Shown here piece by piece: positions 20,210 to 30,840 of a stretch of DNA of 64,000 nt. The notes under the pieces were generated by a model, which saw only the letters and a list, made by a program, of their open reading frames with translations, was not told the origin of the DNA and did no database searches. The position numbers and the translations under genes were made by a program. Location: the sequence record SRR31156797_1193; one strand, given 5' to 3'. The stretch's first letter is position 1; each line of letters starts with the position of its first letter.

Positions 20210-21871
20210 ATGATTAGTGACAGTGTAAAAAAAGGAATTGACAGAACTCCGCACAGGTCATTGTTCAAGGCAATGGGCTATACAGATAGTGAACTAGAAA
20301 AACCGCTGATTGCTGTAGTACATGCTCACAGCGAGATTGTACCGGGGCATATTCACCTTGACAAGATTGCTAAGGCTGTTTCCGATGGCATTCGTGCTGC
20401 AGGCGGTACACCTGTTATGATGGGAACAATTGGCGTATGCGATGGTATTGCGATGGGTCATGAGGGAATGAGATATTCTCTGCCATCCAGAGAAATTGTT
20501 GCTGACAGCATTGAGTCAATGATTAAGGGTCATGCATTTGACGCTGTGGCTTTTGTACCTAACTGTGATAAAATTGTACCAGGAATGCTAATGGCTGCAG
20601 CAAGAATAAATAGACCATCAATTTTTTGCAGCGGTGGTCCAATGATGCCGGGCAAAGATGCGTGCGGACATGACATTAGTCTGTCAACAGCATTTGAAGC
20701 AGTAGGTAAATATGCTGCTGGGAAAATAACAAAAGAAGAACTAAAAGCATACGAGAATTCTTCATGCCCAGGCTGCGGTTCTTGCTCAGGTATGTTTACT
20801 GCTAATTCTATGAACTGCTTGTGTGAATCATTAGGAATGGCTTTATCAGGTAATGGTACAATCCCAGCTGTTGAGGCTGCCAGAATCCGCTTTGCCAAGG
20901 AAAGCGGCGAACAGCTCATGAAGGTTTTGAAAAAGAAGATTAAGCCAAAAGACATAATGAAGCCAGCATCATTTGAGAATGCACTAAGGCTGGATATGGC
21001 ATTAGGCTGTTCTACCAATTCAGTTCTGCATCTACCAGCTATTGCAAATGAATGCGGTATCGAGCTTAGCCTTGATACAGTAGATATGATTAGTAAAACT
21101 ACACCAAATCTTTGCAAACTATCTCCAGCTTCTTCAATGCATATTGTCGATTTGTACTATGCAGGCGGAGTACAGGCTGTACTAAATCAATTACAGGAGG
21201 CAGGATTGCTGAATGCAGACTGTATGACAGTCAGCGGCAAGAAGATTGGTGAATATGTAGCAGATAAGAAAGTATTTGATATAAAAGTTATCCGTCCTCT
21301 AGATAATCCATATTCAAAGGAAGGCGGTATTGCAGTATTGCGAGGTAATATAGCACCTGATGGGTGTGTAGTTAAGCAGTCAGCAGTAGCACCAGAAATG
21401 ATGGTACACACTGGAAGTGCCAGAGTATTTAACAGTGAAGAGGACAGCATCGCAGCTATCACATCTGGTCAGATAAAGAAAGGCGACGTTGTTGTTATTC
21501 GATATGAAGGTCCATCAGGTGGTCCGGGTATGAGAGAAATGCTTTCACCTACATCAGCAGTAGCAGGTATGGGGCTAGACAAGGAAGTAGCACTTATTAC
21601 AGACGGTCGCTTCTCTGGAGCAACTAGAGGAGCATCAATCGGTCATATTTCACCAGAAGCTGCATCAGGCGGACTAATTAGACTGGTGGAAGATGGTGAC
21701 AAGATAGCTATTGATATACCTAATAGAAATATCGAACTAATCGTTGAAGAAGATATTTTAGACGAAAGGGAGAAGAACTTTAAGAAACCTAAAAAGGCAA
21801 AACTTACCGGCTGGCTAAAAAGGTATGCTAAATTGGTATCATCTGCTGATAAGGGTGCTGTAATCAACTAA
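20210..21871 (+). CDS. ilvD: dihydroxy-acid dehydratase
   Basis: [30 protein letters not shown]. Confidence 0.97.
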   Translation: MISDSVKKGIDRTPHRSLFKAMGYTDSELEKPLIAVVHAHSEIVPGHIHLDKIAKAVSDGIRAAGGTPVMMGTIGVCDGIAMGHEGMRYSLPSREIVADSIESMIKGHAFDAVAFVPNCDKIVPGMLMAAARINRPSIFCSGGPMMPGKDACGHDISLSTAFEAVGKYAAGKITKEELKAYENSSCPGCGSCSGMFTANSMNCLCESLGMALSGNGTIPAVEAARIRFAKESGEQLMKVLKKKIKPKDIMKPASFENALRLDMALGCSTNSVLHLPAIANECGIELSLDTVDMISKTTPNLCKLSPASSMHIVDLYYAGGVQAVLNQLQEAGLLNADCMTVSGKKIGEYVADKKVFDIKVIRPLDNPYSKEGGIAVLRGNIAPDGCVVKQSAVAPEMMVHTGSARVFNSEEDSIAAITSGQIKKGDVVVIRYEGPSGGPGMREMLSPTSAVAGMGLDKEVALITDGRFSGATRGASIGHISPEAASGGLIRLVEDGDKIAIDIPNRNIELIVEEDILDEREKNFKKPKKAKLTGWLKRYAKLVSSADKGAVIN

Positions 21872-21884
21872 CAGGAGTAATTAT

Positions 21885-23537
21885 ATGAAGATAAATGGTT
21901 CAAAAATAGTAGTTGAAAGCTTAAAGGCACAGGGCGTTGATACAGTATTTGGTTACCCGGGAGGTGCTGTAATTCCACTATATGATGCTCTTTACGATGA
22001 GCCAGCAATAAAGAATATTCTGCCTGCTCATGAGCAGGGGGCTAGCCATGCAGCTGACGGATATGCCAGAGCAACTGGTAAGGTAGGAGTAGTAATCGCT
22101 ACCTCTGGTCCTGGAGCAACTAATCTGGTAACTGGACTTGCAACAGCATATATGGATTCAGTTCCTGTTGTTGCTATCACAGGTAATGTTCCAAGTGTAT
22201 TACACGGCAAAGACAGCTTCCAAGAGGTTGATATTGTAGGCGTTACAATGCCGATTACTAAGCACAACTATAGAATTACAGATGTAGAGAAGATTTCGGA
22301 TATAATTAACGAAGCTTTTGAGTTTGCCCAAAGCGGCAGACCCGGTCCTGTATTAATTGATATACCAAAGGATATTTTCTATAAGGAATGTGAGTATAAT
22401 GGAGAATATAAAAGCAGAATTGTAAAGGACGAAATGGTTTTGCCTCTAGAGGATATTGTTACAACAATTTCAGAGGCTAATAAACCGGTTATATTCTGCG
22501 GCGGTGGTGTAGTCACATCTGGAGCAGAAGATTTGCTATATGATTTTGCAAAGAAGATTGGTGCACCTGTTGCGTGTTCACTTATGGGTACTGGTGCATT
22601 CCCAAGCGATGATGAGCTATATATGGGAATGGTAGGTATGCATGGTACTATGGCAAGCAATATGGCATTTACAAATTGTGATTTACTGATTGTATTGGGT
22701 GCTCGATTCTCTGACAGAGTAACAGGCAATCCTGATGAATTTGCAAAACATGCAAAGATTATACAAGTTGATATTGATAATTCTGAAATAAATAAAAACA
22801 TTGCGACTACGTACTATGCACTAGGAGATTTAAGCGAAGTGCTTAGTGAAATTTACGAAGCAGTACCTGAAAAAGACCATTCAGATTGGATAGATACCGT
22901 GCATCAATGGAGACAGCAGGATTTGGAGCACACTGATAGTAATCATGTGCCAAAGAAGATATTGGAAGCATCCAGCAAATATCTAGGTGAAAATACCCTT
23001 GTTGTTACTGATGTTGGCCAGCATCAGATGTGGACAGCTCAGTATTTCAAATTTGAAAGACATGACAAATTCTTGACTTCTGGCGGCTTAGGTACTATGG
23101 GCTATGGCTTCGGTGCAGCTGTTGGTGCTCAGGTTGGAAGATTGGACAGGAATGTAATGCATTTTACAGGTGACGGCAGTTTCCGTATGAATATGAATGA
23201 GATGGCTACGGCAGTTAAGTACAGCTTACCTATTGTTACTGTTCTGTTTGATAATAATACTCTAGGAATGGTGCGTCAGTGGCAGACATTATTTTGCAAT
23301 AGCAGATGGTCACAGACTGATTTGCCGCCTATGGATTTTGCAGCAATTGCATTAGCCTACGGTTATAAAAATGCTTGGCATGTAAATACTGTAGAAGAAT
23401 ATGAAAATGCTTTACAGGAAGCATTAAAAGGTGATGGACCAGCACTTATTCAGTGCCATATAGACATTGACACAATGGTTCTTCCAATCGTTCCTCCGGG
23501 AAAAGCTTTGGACAAAATAGTTATGACCAAGACTTGA
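21885..23537 (+). CDS. ilvB: acetolactate synthase large subunit
   Basis: FGYPGG, HEQGA, TSGPGATN, DVGQHQMW, GDGSF...N, GMVRQWQ. Confidence 0.96.
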   Translation: MKINGSKIVVESLKAQGVDTVFGYPGGAVIPLYDALYDEPAIKNILPAHEQGASHAADGYARATGKVGVVIATSGPGATNLVTGLATAYMDSVPVVAITGNVPSVLHGKDSFQEVDIVGVTMPITKHNYRITDVEKISDIINEAFEFAQSGRPGPVLIDIPKDIFYKECEYNGEYKSRIVKDEMVLPLEDIVTTISEANKPVIFCGGGVVTSGAEDLLYDFAKKIGAPVACSLMGTGAFPSDDELYMGMVGMHGTMASNMAFTNCDLLIVLGARFSDRVTGNPDEFAKHAKIIQVDIDNSEINKNIATTYYALGDLSEVLSEIYEAVPEKDHSDWIDTVHQWRQQDLEHTDSNHVPKKILEASSKYLGENTLVVTDVGQHQMWTAQYFKFERHDKFLTSGGLGTMGYGFGAAVGAQVGRLDRNVMHFTGDGSFRMNMNEMATAVKYSLPIVTVLFDNNTLGMVRQWQTLFCNSRWSQTDLPPMDFAAIALAYGYKNAWHVNTVEEYENALQEALKGDGPALIQCHIDIDTMVLPIVPPGKALDKIVMTKT

Positions 23538-23560
23538 TAATAAAAGCAGTATAAATTATT

Positions 23561-23595
23561 AAAGCAGGAAGCCGTAATAACGTTTCCTGCTTTTT
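23561..23595. terminator. intrinsic terminator
   Basis: AAAGCAGGAA...TTCCTGCTTTTT. Confidence 0.8.
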
Positions 23596-23622
23596 AAATT
23601 TTCTTATTAACCATTTGACTGA

Positions 23623-24327
23623 CTAAATGTATTCTATTTCATCAGATAGTTTGATTGCTTTAAAATCATTACCAAGGGCAAGAATTATATGTATTATTAG
23701 GGCAACCCACATAGAATTAGTGTAGTAAGTGATAATACACAATACAATTCCTAGGAAGAACGCTCCGAATGCTTCCATTTTACCTTTATAAATATGTACT
23801 AAACTATAGATTACACTGATTATAATTACTGCAGCAGCTAATCCATAGGCATTTAGCAAGGTAAAGAACATTAATCCACGGAACATGTATTCATAACCTA
23901 GTAAATATAGTATCCATATAAGGCTGTTGATTATTATGTCTTTTTTTCTCCACTTTTTTATCCTAGCCTGTGGATAAAAATCTGTATTTATATTATTACG
24001 GGGTAGAAAGCTCCCTAATAGAAAGAATGCAATTGGGATACCGCACCATAGCAGTAAATTATCTCCAGATGGTATCGGCAGACCATACAAACAGACGTTA
24101 CCGAAAAATGCCATTGTTAAAATAAAAGGGATTATACCTAATGTTACAAAACCGATTATTTTCTGCAAGTATGCTTCTCGTATTAGTACTTTGCCTTTTG
24201 CAGTCCTTAAGTCTCTAATTTTATTTAGAATTTTGCTATCGATTGAGAAGAAATAGATTAAGTAGCCAAATAAAAATAACATCATTACTACTAATTCTTC
24301 TTTAAAAAAATCCGTTATATTTATCAT
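23623..24327 (-). CDS. CPBP (CAAX/Abi) family intramembrane glutamic protease
   Basis: YEYMFRG, YSLVH, HIILALGND in a multi-TM protein. Confidence 0.85.
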   Translation of the reverse strand: MINITDFFKEELVVMMLFLFGYLIYFFSIDSKILNKIRDLRTAKGKVLIREAYLQKIIGFVTLGIIPFILTMAFFGNVCLYGLPIPSGDNLLLWCGIPIAFFLLGSFLPRNNINTDFYPQARIKKWRKKDIIINSLIWILYLLGYEYMFRGLMFFTLLNAYGLAAAVIIISVIYSLVHIYKGKMEAFGAFFLGIVLCIITYYTNSMWVALIIHIILALGNDFKAIKLSDEIEYI

Positions 24328-24336
24328 ATTAATGCC

Positions 24337-25128
24337 TCACTTCTTTTTATACCCATTAAGTGCAGCCCTGCAGAGGATATAATCAGATAATCTTGGGAAT
24401 ATCCTGTAAACAAAATGAGTTATCTTGCCCAAAGTAGTCAGATAAATTTGATTCCTGCGGTTTTTGACACAATTGTATATTGATTGGGCAACGCTCTTTT
24501 GAGTATCATTGTTCTTTCTTTTGTTGATATTTACTCTGTTACCTGTTGCAGTGTATATGGTTTTGTCAGCGTCATTTTCTGTAAAACCAACATATAAGAT
24601 ACCAACATGAACGCCCATATTATCTAATTCACAGCGCAGAGATTGAGCAAATCCAGTCAGTGCCATTTTTGCTGTACCATATGGTGCAATACAAGGCAAT
24701 CCTTTTAGTCCTGACAGGCTGGATATAAATATGATGCTTCCCTTGTTCTCCGTGATAGTTTCCAAAGCAAATTTTGAGAAGTTTACAGCTCCTTGGAAAT
24801 TGATGTCAATAATTTTTTTAAATAGGTCCAGCGTTGTCTCACTAAACAGACCTCTCATGCTCATACCAGCATTATTTATCAATATATCGATTCTGCCATA
24901 CTCGGCGATTACATTTTCTACAATTTGCTGACATTCTTTTTCGCTTGTTACATCGCCTATATAATACCCACACTTGCCGCCTGATATATTTATTTCTTTG
25001 GCAGTTTTGATAAGCGCATCCTCACTTCTGCCAGTAATGATTACAGTATTTTCTTTGGCAAATAGCTTTGCAGTCTCTCTGCCTATGCCTTTGCCGCCGC
25101 CGGTTATAAGTACGATTTTGTTGTCCAT
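24337..25128 (-). CDS. SDR family oxidoreductase
   Basis: TGGGKGIG, NNAG, YGTAK. Confidence 0.93.
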   Translation of the reverse strand: MDNKIVLITGGGKGIGRETAKLFAKENTVIITGRSEDALIKTAKEINISGGKCGYYIGDVTSEKECQQIVENVIAEYGRIDILINNAGMSMRGLFSETTLDLFKKIIDINFQGAVNFSKFALETITENKGSIIFISSLSGLKGLPCIAPYGTAKMALTGFAQSLRCELDNMGVHVGILYVGFTENDADKTIYTATGNRVNINKRKNNDTQKSVAQSIYNCVKNRRNQIYLTTLGKITHFVYRIFPRLSDYILCRAALNGYKKK

Positions 25129-25150
25129 ATTGTATTCTCCAGAATCTGAT

Positions 25151-26134
25151 TTATAGATAATTATTTTCTTTTAACCAATTGTATGATTTTTTTATTGCTA
25201 TTTCAGGTAGTGTAGATGGCATATTAAGCTCATTTCGTGCTTTCGTATTATCATAATAGTGACCATCTGCAGAGATTCTCGCCATTGCAATAGTGAGTGC
25301 AGGCTTTTTCTTAGTCAGTTTCGATATTAATTCAAATAATGCCCCAGCTATAACGCAAGCAAAAGTAGGAGCTTTAATTTTTGGTGCTTTGACATTTGCT
25401 GTTTTAGCAATCATTGTAAATAATTCTTTGTAATCCATATTAGTGCCTGACGCAATGTAACATTCGCCTGTTTTACCCAATGAAATTGCATTAACTGCCG
25501 CTTGTGCGACATCTCCTACGTAGGTTACGCTTCTGCCTCCCGGGGCATAAAAGGATAATTTTCCCTTTGCAATTGAAATAATCATTTCGCCTGTACCCGG
25601 CTTGGTATCACATTCACCAATCATAAATGATGGGTTTATAATAACTACTGGAAAGTTGGATTTCTTATGCAAATCCAGAAGATAATCCTGAGCAGCTTTC
25701 TTTGAATCCATATAGTCAAGTCCATATTTGCTGCAATTGTATGGGGTATCCTCATTGCCTCCTATATCTTTTGTTCCAAAGCCAAAAGAATTGGCAGTAC
25801 CAACATGGATAAACCTCTTAATCTTATTATCAATTGCTGTTTCAACTAATATCTTTACAGCATCATAATTGATTTTCCAGCTTATTTTACTCTTGGTAGG
25901 CCAGATGTTTGTAATAGCGGCTGTATGTATTATTATGTCACAGTCTTCTACAGCCCTTTTGATATCACTAATATTTAATAAATCACCATAGACAGGCTCA
26001 TAGTCAAGCCCCTCAATAACTTTATGATTTCTACCTTTTTGCAAAAAACCACGAACCTTATAACCATTATCAAGTAATTTTTTCATAATGCTGGAACCGA
26101 GGAAACCGTCTGCCCCTGTCAATAGTACCTTCAA
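25151..26134 (-). CDS. extended SDR, NAD-dependent epimerase/dehydratase (HpnA/3-beta-HSD-like)
   Basis: TGADGFLG, HTAA, YMDSK; TTG start after GGAGG. Confidence 0.88.
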   Translation of the reverse strand: MKVLLTGADGFLGSSIMKKLLDNGYKVRGFLQKGRNHKVIEGLDYEPVYGDLLNISDIKRAVEDCDIIIHTAAITNIWPTKSKISWKINYDAVKILVETAIDNKIKRFIHVGTANSFGFGTKDIGGNEDTPYNCSKYGLDYMDSKKAAQDYLLDLHKKSNFPVVIINPSFMIGECDTKPGTGEMIISIAKGKLSFYAPGGRSVTYVGDVAQAAVNAISLGKTGECYIASGTNMDYKELFTMIAKTANVKAPKIKAPTFACVIAGALFELISKLTKKKPALTIAMARISADGHYYDNTKARNELNMPSTLPEIAIKKSYNWLKENNYL

Positions 26135-26530
26135 AAGCCTGCCTCCATAATAGAAAATTAGAAAATGTTGTATCTATATTATTAATACACAATGAATCCA
26201 TTATACAGGATATTGAACCAAAAGGCATTAATAAATTTATTTTATTCGGTAAAGTATTGTATTAGAGGTACATGATTCGAGATTTTTCGTAATATTATGT
26301 TATATTTTAAATATATTATTGTTTTGAATAAGAATAATATGAAGTTTATGTTACTAATTGCGAAAATAAAATTACTAGTATTACAAATATTGAACAAAAG
26401 AAATAAGTATCTACAATATAAAAAAAATTAACACGATTTAATACACTGTTAGTTAATAAATGCTTTTCATTGCCATAATTTATGTTATAATTATTCTATT
26501 CAATTTTTTAGATAAGGAGAAATATAAGAA

Positions 26531-27613
26531 ATGAAAAAAATACTACTTTTAGTTTTTGTAGCTATTTTAGTAGTGGGATCGCTGACAGGTTGCGGTTCAC
26601 AAAAAGACAAAGCTGAAATCGCTATGATTACAGACGCAGGTGAAATTGATGACAGATCTTTCAACCAAAGTACATATGATGGCATCAAGGAATATGCAGA
26701 AGAAAATGGTAAGACTTATAAGTATTACAAACCAACAGAAGTTTCTGATGATGCATATATGGCTGCAATTGATCTAGCTGTAAAAGCGGGTGCTAAAATT
26801 ATTGTAACTCCAGGTTACTTGTTTGAGCCAGCAATTTACTATTCACAAGAAAAGTATCCAGAAGTTAAATTCGTATTAATTGATGGTAGTCCAAATGACG
26901 GTGACTATAGCTCAGGCTCACCAACATATAGAATAGACGAAAACACATATTCTATTTTCTTTGCTGAAGAAGAATCAGGTTTCTTAGCTGGTTATGCTGC
27001 AGTTAAAGACGGCTATACAAAATTAGGCTTTATGGGTGGTATGGCTGTTCCTGCAGTTATTCGTTATGGATATGGTTTTGTTCAAGGTGCTGAATATGCT
27101 GCACAGGAAATGGGTATTGAATCAGTAGAAATCAAGTATCATTACACAGGCGACTTCGCAGCTACTCCAAAGAACCAAACAACAGCTGCTTCATGGTACG
27201 CTGACGGTACAGAAGCAATCTTCGCATGTGGTGGTAACGTATTCGGTTCAGTTGCTGCAGCTGCTGAAGCTACAGAAAACGGACAAATTATCGGTGTTGA
27301 CATTGACCAATCTAACCTATCAGAGAGAGTTATCACTTCTGCTATGAAAGAACTTGGTGTTGCTGTTCAAATTGCTTTGGCAGATTTCTATGCTGATACA
27401 TTCAAGGGCGGCGTAGTAGATACATATGATATTTCAGTTGGCAGTGTTGGTCTTCCATTCGCAAATTCAAAATTCAGCACATTTACAGAAGCTGATTATG
27501 AAGCAATCTATGCTAAATTAGTCGCTGGCGAAGTTGAAATCCTTGGCGATGCAGATGCTGACGATGCAACTGGTCTTCCAGCAGAAATCGTTGCTGTTAC
27601 TCTAGTAGAGTAA
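26531..27613 (+). CDS. BMP family ABC substrate-binding lipoprotein (nucleoside-binding, PnrA-like)
   Basis: Lipobox LTGC, DDRSFNQ, GFLAGYAA, IIGVDIDQ, ITSAMK. Confidence 0.92.
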   Translation: MKKILLLVFVAILVVGSLTGCGSQKDKAEIAMITDAGEIDDRSFNQSTYDGIKEYAEENGKTYKYYKPTEVSDDAYMAAIDLAVKAGAKIIVTPGYLFEPAIYYSQEKYPEVKFVLIDGSPNDGDYSSGSPTYRIDENTYSIFFAEEESGFLAGYAAVKDGYTKLGFMGGMAVPAVIRYGYGFVQGAEYAAQEMGIESVEIKYHYTGDFAATPKNQTTAASWYADGTEAIFACGGNVFGSVAAAAEATENGQIIGVDIDQSNLSERVITSAMKELGVAVQIALADFYADTFKGGVVDTYDISVGSVGLPFANSKFSTFTEADYEAIYAKLVAGEVEILGDADADDATGLPAEIVAVTLVE

Positions 27614-27645
27614 TAATCAATTAAATTGAAATAGTTTACTATTTG

Positions 27646-27720
27646 TCCAGCACTTTTTTGTGCTGGATTTTTTATACTTCAATAAAAGAATTAGCCATCG
27701 CAAAAATGCAGATGGCTAAT
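27646..27720. terminator. two intrinsic terminators between the convergent BMP and argG genes
   Basis: TCCAGCAC-T6-GTGCTGGA-T6 and ATTAGCCATC...GATGGCTAAT. Confidence 0.75.
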
Positions 27721-27758
27721 TATATAATGATGCTATTAGTAATATATCAAAATACTGA

Positions 27759-28964
27759 CTATTTAATTTTTTCTTTCATAAGTGCTGCGACTTTTAGTGG
27801 CAGACCATACAGATTTATGAAGCCTTCACTATCTTTTTGATTATATACTTCATCCTCGCTAAATGTTGCCAATTCCTCGCTGTACAGGCTGTATTTAGAT
27901 GAGATAGATGTAGGAGATATGTTACCTTTGTATAGTTTTACTTTTACATCGCCTGTTACATTTTCTTGAGTTGAGTCAATAAATGCACTCATTGCTTCTC
28001 TTATTGGAGTATACCATTTACCATTGTAAACTAAGTCAGCGAAATCAAGAGACATCTTTTGCTTGTAATGCATTGTGTCTTTATCCAATGTAATTGATTC
28101 CAGCAGAGTATGTGCTTCATAGAGAATTGATCCGGCAGGGTTCTCATACACACCACGGGATTTCATACCTACTAATCTATTTTCCACGATGTCATCAATT
28201 CCGATTGCGTGCTTTGCACCAATTTCATTTAACTTGGTTAGTAGACTAATGCAGTCTAGCTTATCTCCGTTAACGGATGTTGGGATACCTTTTTCAAATG
28301 ATATAGTAACGTACTCAGGCTCGTTTGGAGCATCTACTAGATTGTTACATATCAGATTCAAGTCTGATTTTGGCTCATTTTCCGGGTTTTCCAGATCAGC
28401 ACCTTCATGACTTAAGTGCCAGATGTTCCTATCCATAGAATACGGTGACTTCTTAGTTACAGGCAGAGGAATACCACGCTCTGATGCGTAATCAATTGCT
28501 TCCTCACGGGATTTGATATCCCATATACGCCAAGGTGCAATTATCTTCATATGTGGGCTTAGAGCCTTAATTGTCAGCTCAAAGCGAACCTGGTCATTTC
28601 CCTTACCAGTACAGCCGTGGCAGATTGCTACAGCTCCTTCTTTTTCAGCTATATCTACTAGACGTTTTGCTATTACTGGACGTGCAAATGAAGTTCCCAG
28701 CAGGTATTTATTTTCGTACTTTGCACCGGCTTTTAATGTTGGCCAGATGAAATCTTCAACGAATTCTTCCTGTATGTTCTCGATATAGATTTTGCTTGCA
28801 CCAGACTTAATTGCCTTTTCATTTAAAGGCTCAAGTTCCTCACCCTGACCTACGTCAGCAGCTACAGCAATTACATCATAATCATAGTTCTCTTTTAGCC
28901 ATGGTATTATAATAGAGGTGTCTAATCCACCTGAATATGCTAAAACTACTTTTTCTTTTGCCAT
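27759..28964 (-). CDS. argG: argininosuccinate synthase
   Basis: [39 protein letters not shown]. Confidence 0.98.
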   Translation of the reverse strand: MAKEKVVLAYSGGLDTSIIIPWLKENYDYDVIAVAADVGQGEELEPLNEKAIKSGASKIYIENIQEEFVEDFIWPTLKAGAKYENKYLLGTSFARPVIAKRLVDIAEKEGAVAICHGCTGKGNDQVRFELTIKALSPHMKIIAPWRIWDIKSREEAIDYASERGIPLPVTKKSPYSMDRNIWHLSHEGADLENPENEPKSDLNLICNNLVDAPNEPEYVTISFEKGIPTSVNGDKLDCISLLTKLNEIGAKHAIGIDDIVENRLVGMKSRGVYENPAGSILYEAHTLLESITLDKDTMHYKQKMSLDFADLVYNGKWYTPIREAMSAFIDSTQENVTGDVKVKLYKGNISPTSISSKYSLYSEELATFSEDEVYNQKDSEGFINLYGLPLKVAALMKEKIK

Positions 28965-28976
28965 TGTTTCCTCCCA

Positions 28977-29060
28977 ATGTATAGTATACTAATAATTATA
29001 CATAACAATGCATAAAATGCAAGCAAAATTTATAAATACAAATGTTTTTATGCATAATTT
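28977..29060 (-). promoter_or_regulatory. argG promoter with ARG-box-like (ArgR) half sites
   Basis: Minus strand TTGCAT-16 nt-TATAAT embedded in repeated TGCATA/TGTATA motifs. Confidence 0.5.
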
Positions 29061-29175
29061 TACTATTTGAATACAAATTGCCCATATTTTTTAGTATTTA
29101 TACATAAAAAAAATAGGAATAACTTTGCTGATTGCAGATATTCCTATTATTATTAAAATAATATATGTTAGAATG

Positions 29176-30789
29176 TTAGTCGCTGGACTTCTTATAATGC
29201 CTTTTTATAAGTAAAACAGATACATAGATTACTGTTATTATCAGCAGCAATGCTATTATCAAAGTGATTATTTTACTCTTTGTTTCAATATTGTTTGCCT
29301 TCACACTCTTTGATGCGGCAGGCAGCGGTGTACTAGTGGTATCAGGAGTCGGAGAAGGTGTTGCAGTAGGAGCAGGAGCTATTTGCCCAGATGCATTTGA
29401 CAGATATTTCAGATTAACTACCGGGTACGTATCAATGGAGAGAACCAATATCACTTCCCAATCAATACTTTGATTTTCAGTAAAGACATCCTCCACTGTA
29501 ACTTTTATATTATTGCCATCTATTGTACATTCATCAATTACATATAGTAAATCTTTGGTGGAGTTATCTAGAATAATTATCTCTTTAACAAAATAGTCAA
29601 TGTCTGAAAGCTCATTAAAGTTATCAAAATCTCCGTTTATATTAATTTCTACGTTTTCGGTGTCAGCAGTTTCCAAGCTGCTTGTAATCGTACCATTTTT
29701 CTGTATTCCGCCTGTATTGTGATTTTCCTCAAGTATCTCCAATGTAGTAGGATCATTCAGGTCAAGACGATTGTACGTAAAACTTAACTGATATGAGAAT
29801 GGTATTTCAAATTCTGAGTATGTAACAAGTGATGTGAAGTCATTGCTGGTAAACGATAATCTCTTTAAATCTGTCAGTATACCTAGACCTGGTGATACAT
29901 CTTTTAGGAGATTATATCCCATCATCAGTACATCTAAATCACGATATGTCAGGACTTCTGTAGGGAACTCCCTGAAAAGGTTGTCAGTAAGTACTACCTG
30001 CTCCATTCTGGAGAAGTTAATATAGCTGTCTGGGATATCATCCAGATAATTATATGAAGCGTCAAGTCGCTTTAATCTATAAATTGATAGATAATCTGGC
30101 AGTGTGGTCAGGCTATTGTCTGCTAAATATATATACTCTAAATTAATATTTTGTGTTAGGTTAGGAACATCATCTAGGTCACAGCTGCTTAAATTGATTA
30201 ATTCCAATTCTGGCAATCCATATAGAAATGAATAATCATTCTGTGGATTTCCAGGCATTACAAGCCATTCCAAGGTATCACCTAATCCATCTAAAGAACC
30301 AATATCTTCTATTCCGCAGTAATCTATCATCAGCCATCTTAGTTTATCACAGTCATTAATATCTGAGGGCAGCTGTTTAATAGGATTATTACTAATGTCT
30401 AACTGCTTTAGATATTCAAGTGAGCTTAAGCCTACTGGTATTTCTGTGATATTATTTAGGTTTACGCTGATTTCCTTTATGTATTCTAAATCATATAGAG
30501 GGGAAATATTTGTGATTTTATTGTTGGTCAGGACTATTTCGTCAGCACGTATCAGGTATTTGATTCCTACTAAGCTTGTGATTCCTTTGCTGCTTAAGTC
30601 AACTGTACCGTCTAGCTCGCCTAGATTTTCCTCAGTTAAAATCTCATCCTCTGTTAGTACGAGAAGTGCATTTCGCAGGTTCTCACACTCAATATATACG
30701 CCGTCTTCTTTATCATCGGCGAGGGCTGAAACACCTATTAGTGTGTTTATAATAAGTACTATAATAATTACTCGTTTTAAAATTCTCAA
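29176..30789 (-). CDS. secreted, membrane-anchored leucine-rich-repeat (internalin-like) protein
   Basis: Signal peptide ending ALA, many LxxLxLxxNxL repeats, P/T-rich linker, C-terminal TM helix plus basic tail. Confidence 0.9.
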   Translation of the reverse strand: MRILKRVIIIVLIINTLIGVSALADDKEDGVYIECENLRNALLVLTEDEILTEENLGELDGTVDLSSKGITSLVGIKYLIRADEIVLTNNKITNISPLYDLEYIKEISVNLNNITEIPVGLSSLEYLKQLDISNNPIKQLPSDINDCDKLRWLMIDYCGIEDIGSLDGLGDTLEWLVMPGNPQNDYSFLYGLPELELINLSSCDLDDVPNLTQNINLEYIYLADNSLTTLPDYLSIYRLKRLDASYNYLDDIPDSYINFSRMEQVVLTDNLFREFPTEVLTYRDLDVLMMGYNLLKDVSPGLGILTDLKRLSFTSNDFTSLVTYSEFEIPFSYQLSFTYNRLDLNDPTTLEILEENHNTGGIQKNGTITSSLETADTENVEININGDFDNFNELSDIDYFVKEIIILDNSTKDLLYVIDECTIDGNNIKVTVEDVFTENQSIDWEVILVLSIDTYPVVNLKYLSNASGQIAPAPTATPSPTPDTTSTPLPAASKSVKANNIETKSKIITLIIALLLIITVIYVSVLLIKRHYKKSSD

Positions 30790-30840
30790 ATCTACATATC
30801 CTTAAATAATAATACTTCGCTGATTATAACATATTATGCA

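Noticed and set aside
26135-26530. Purine riboswitch before the BMP gene
   Set aside because: Conserved core (TATAAT...GATATGG...GTTTCTACC...CCGTAAA) not found.
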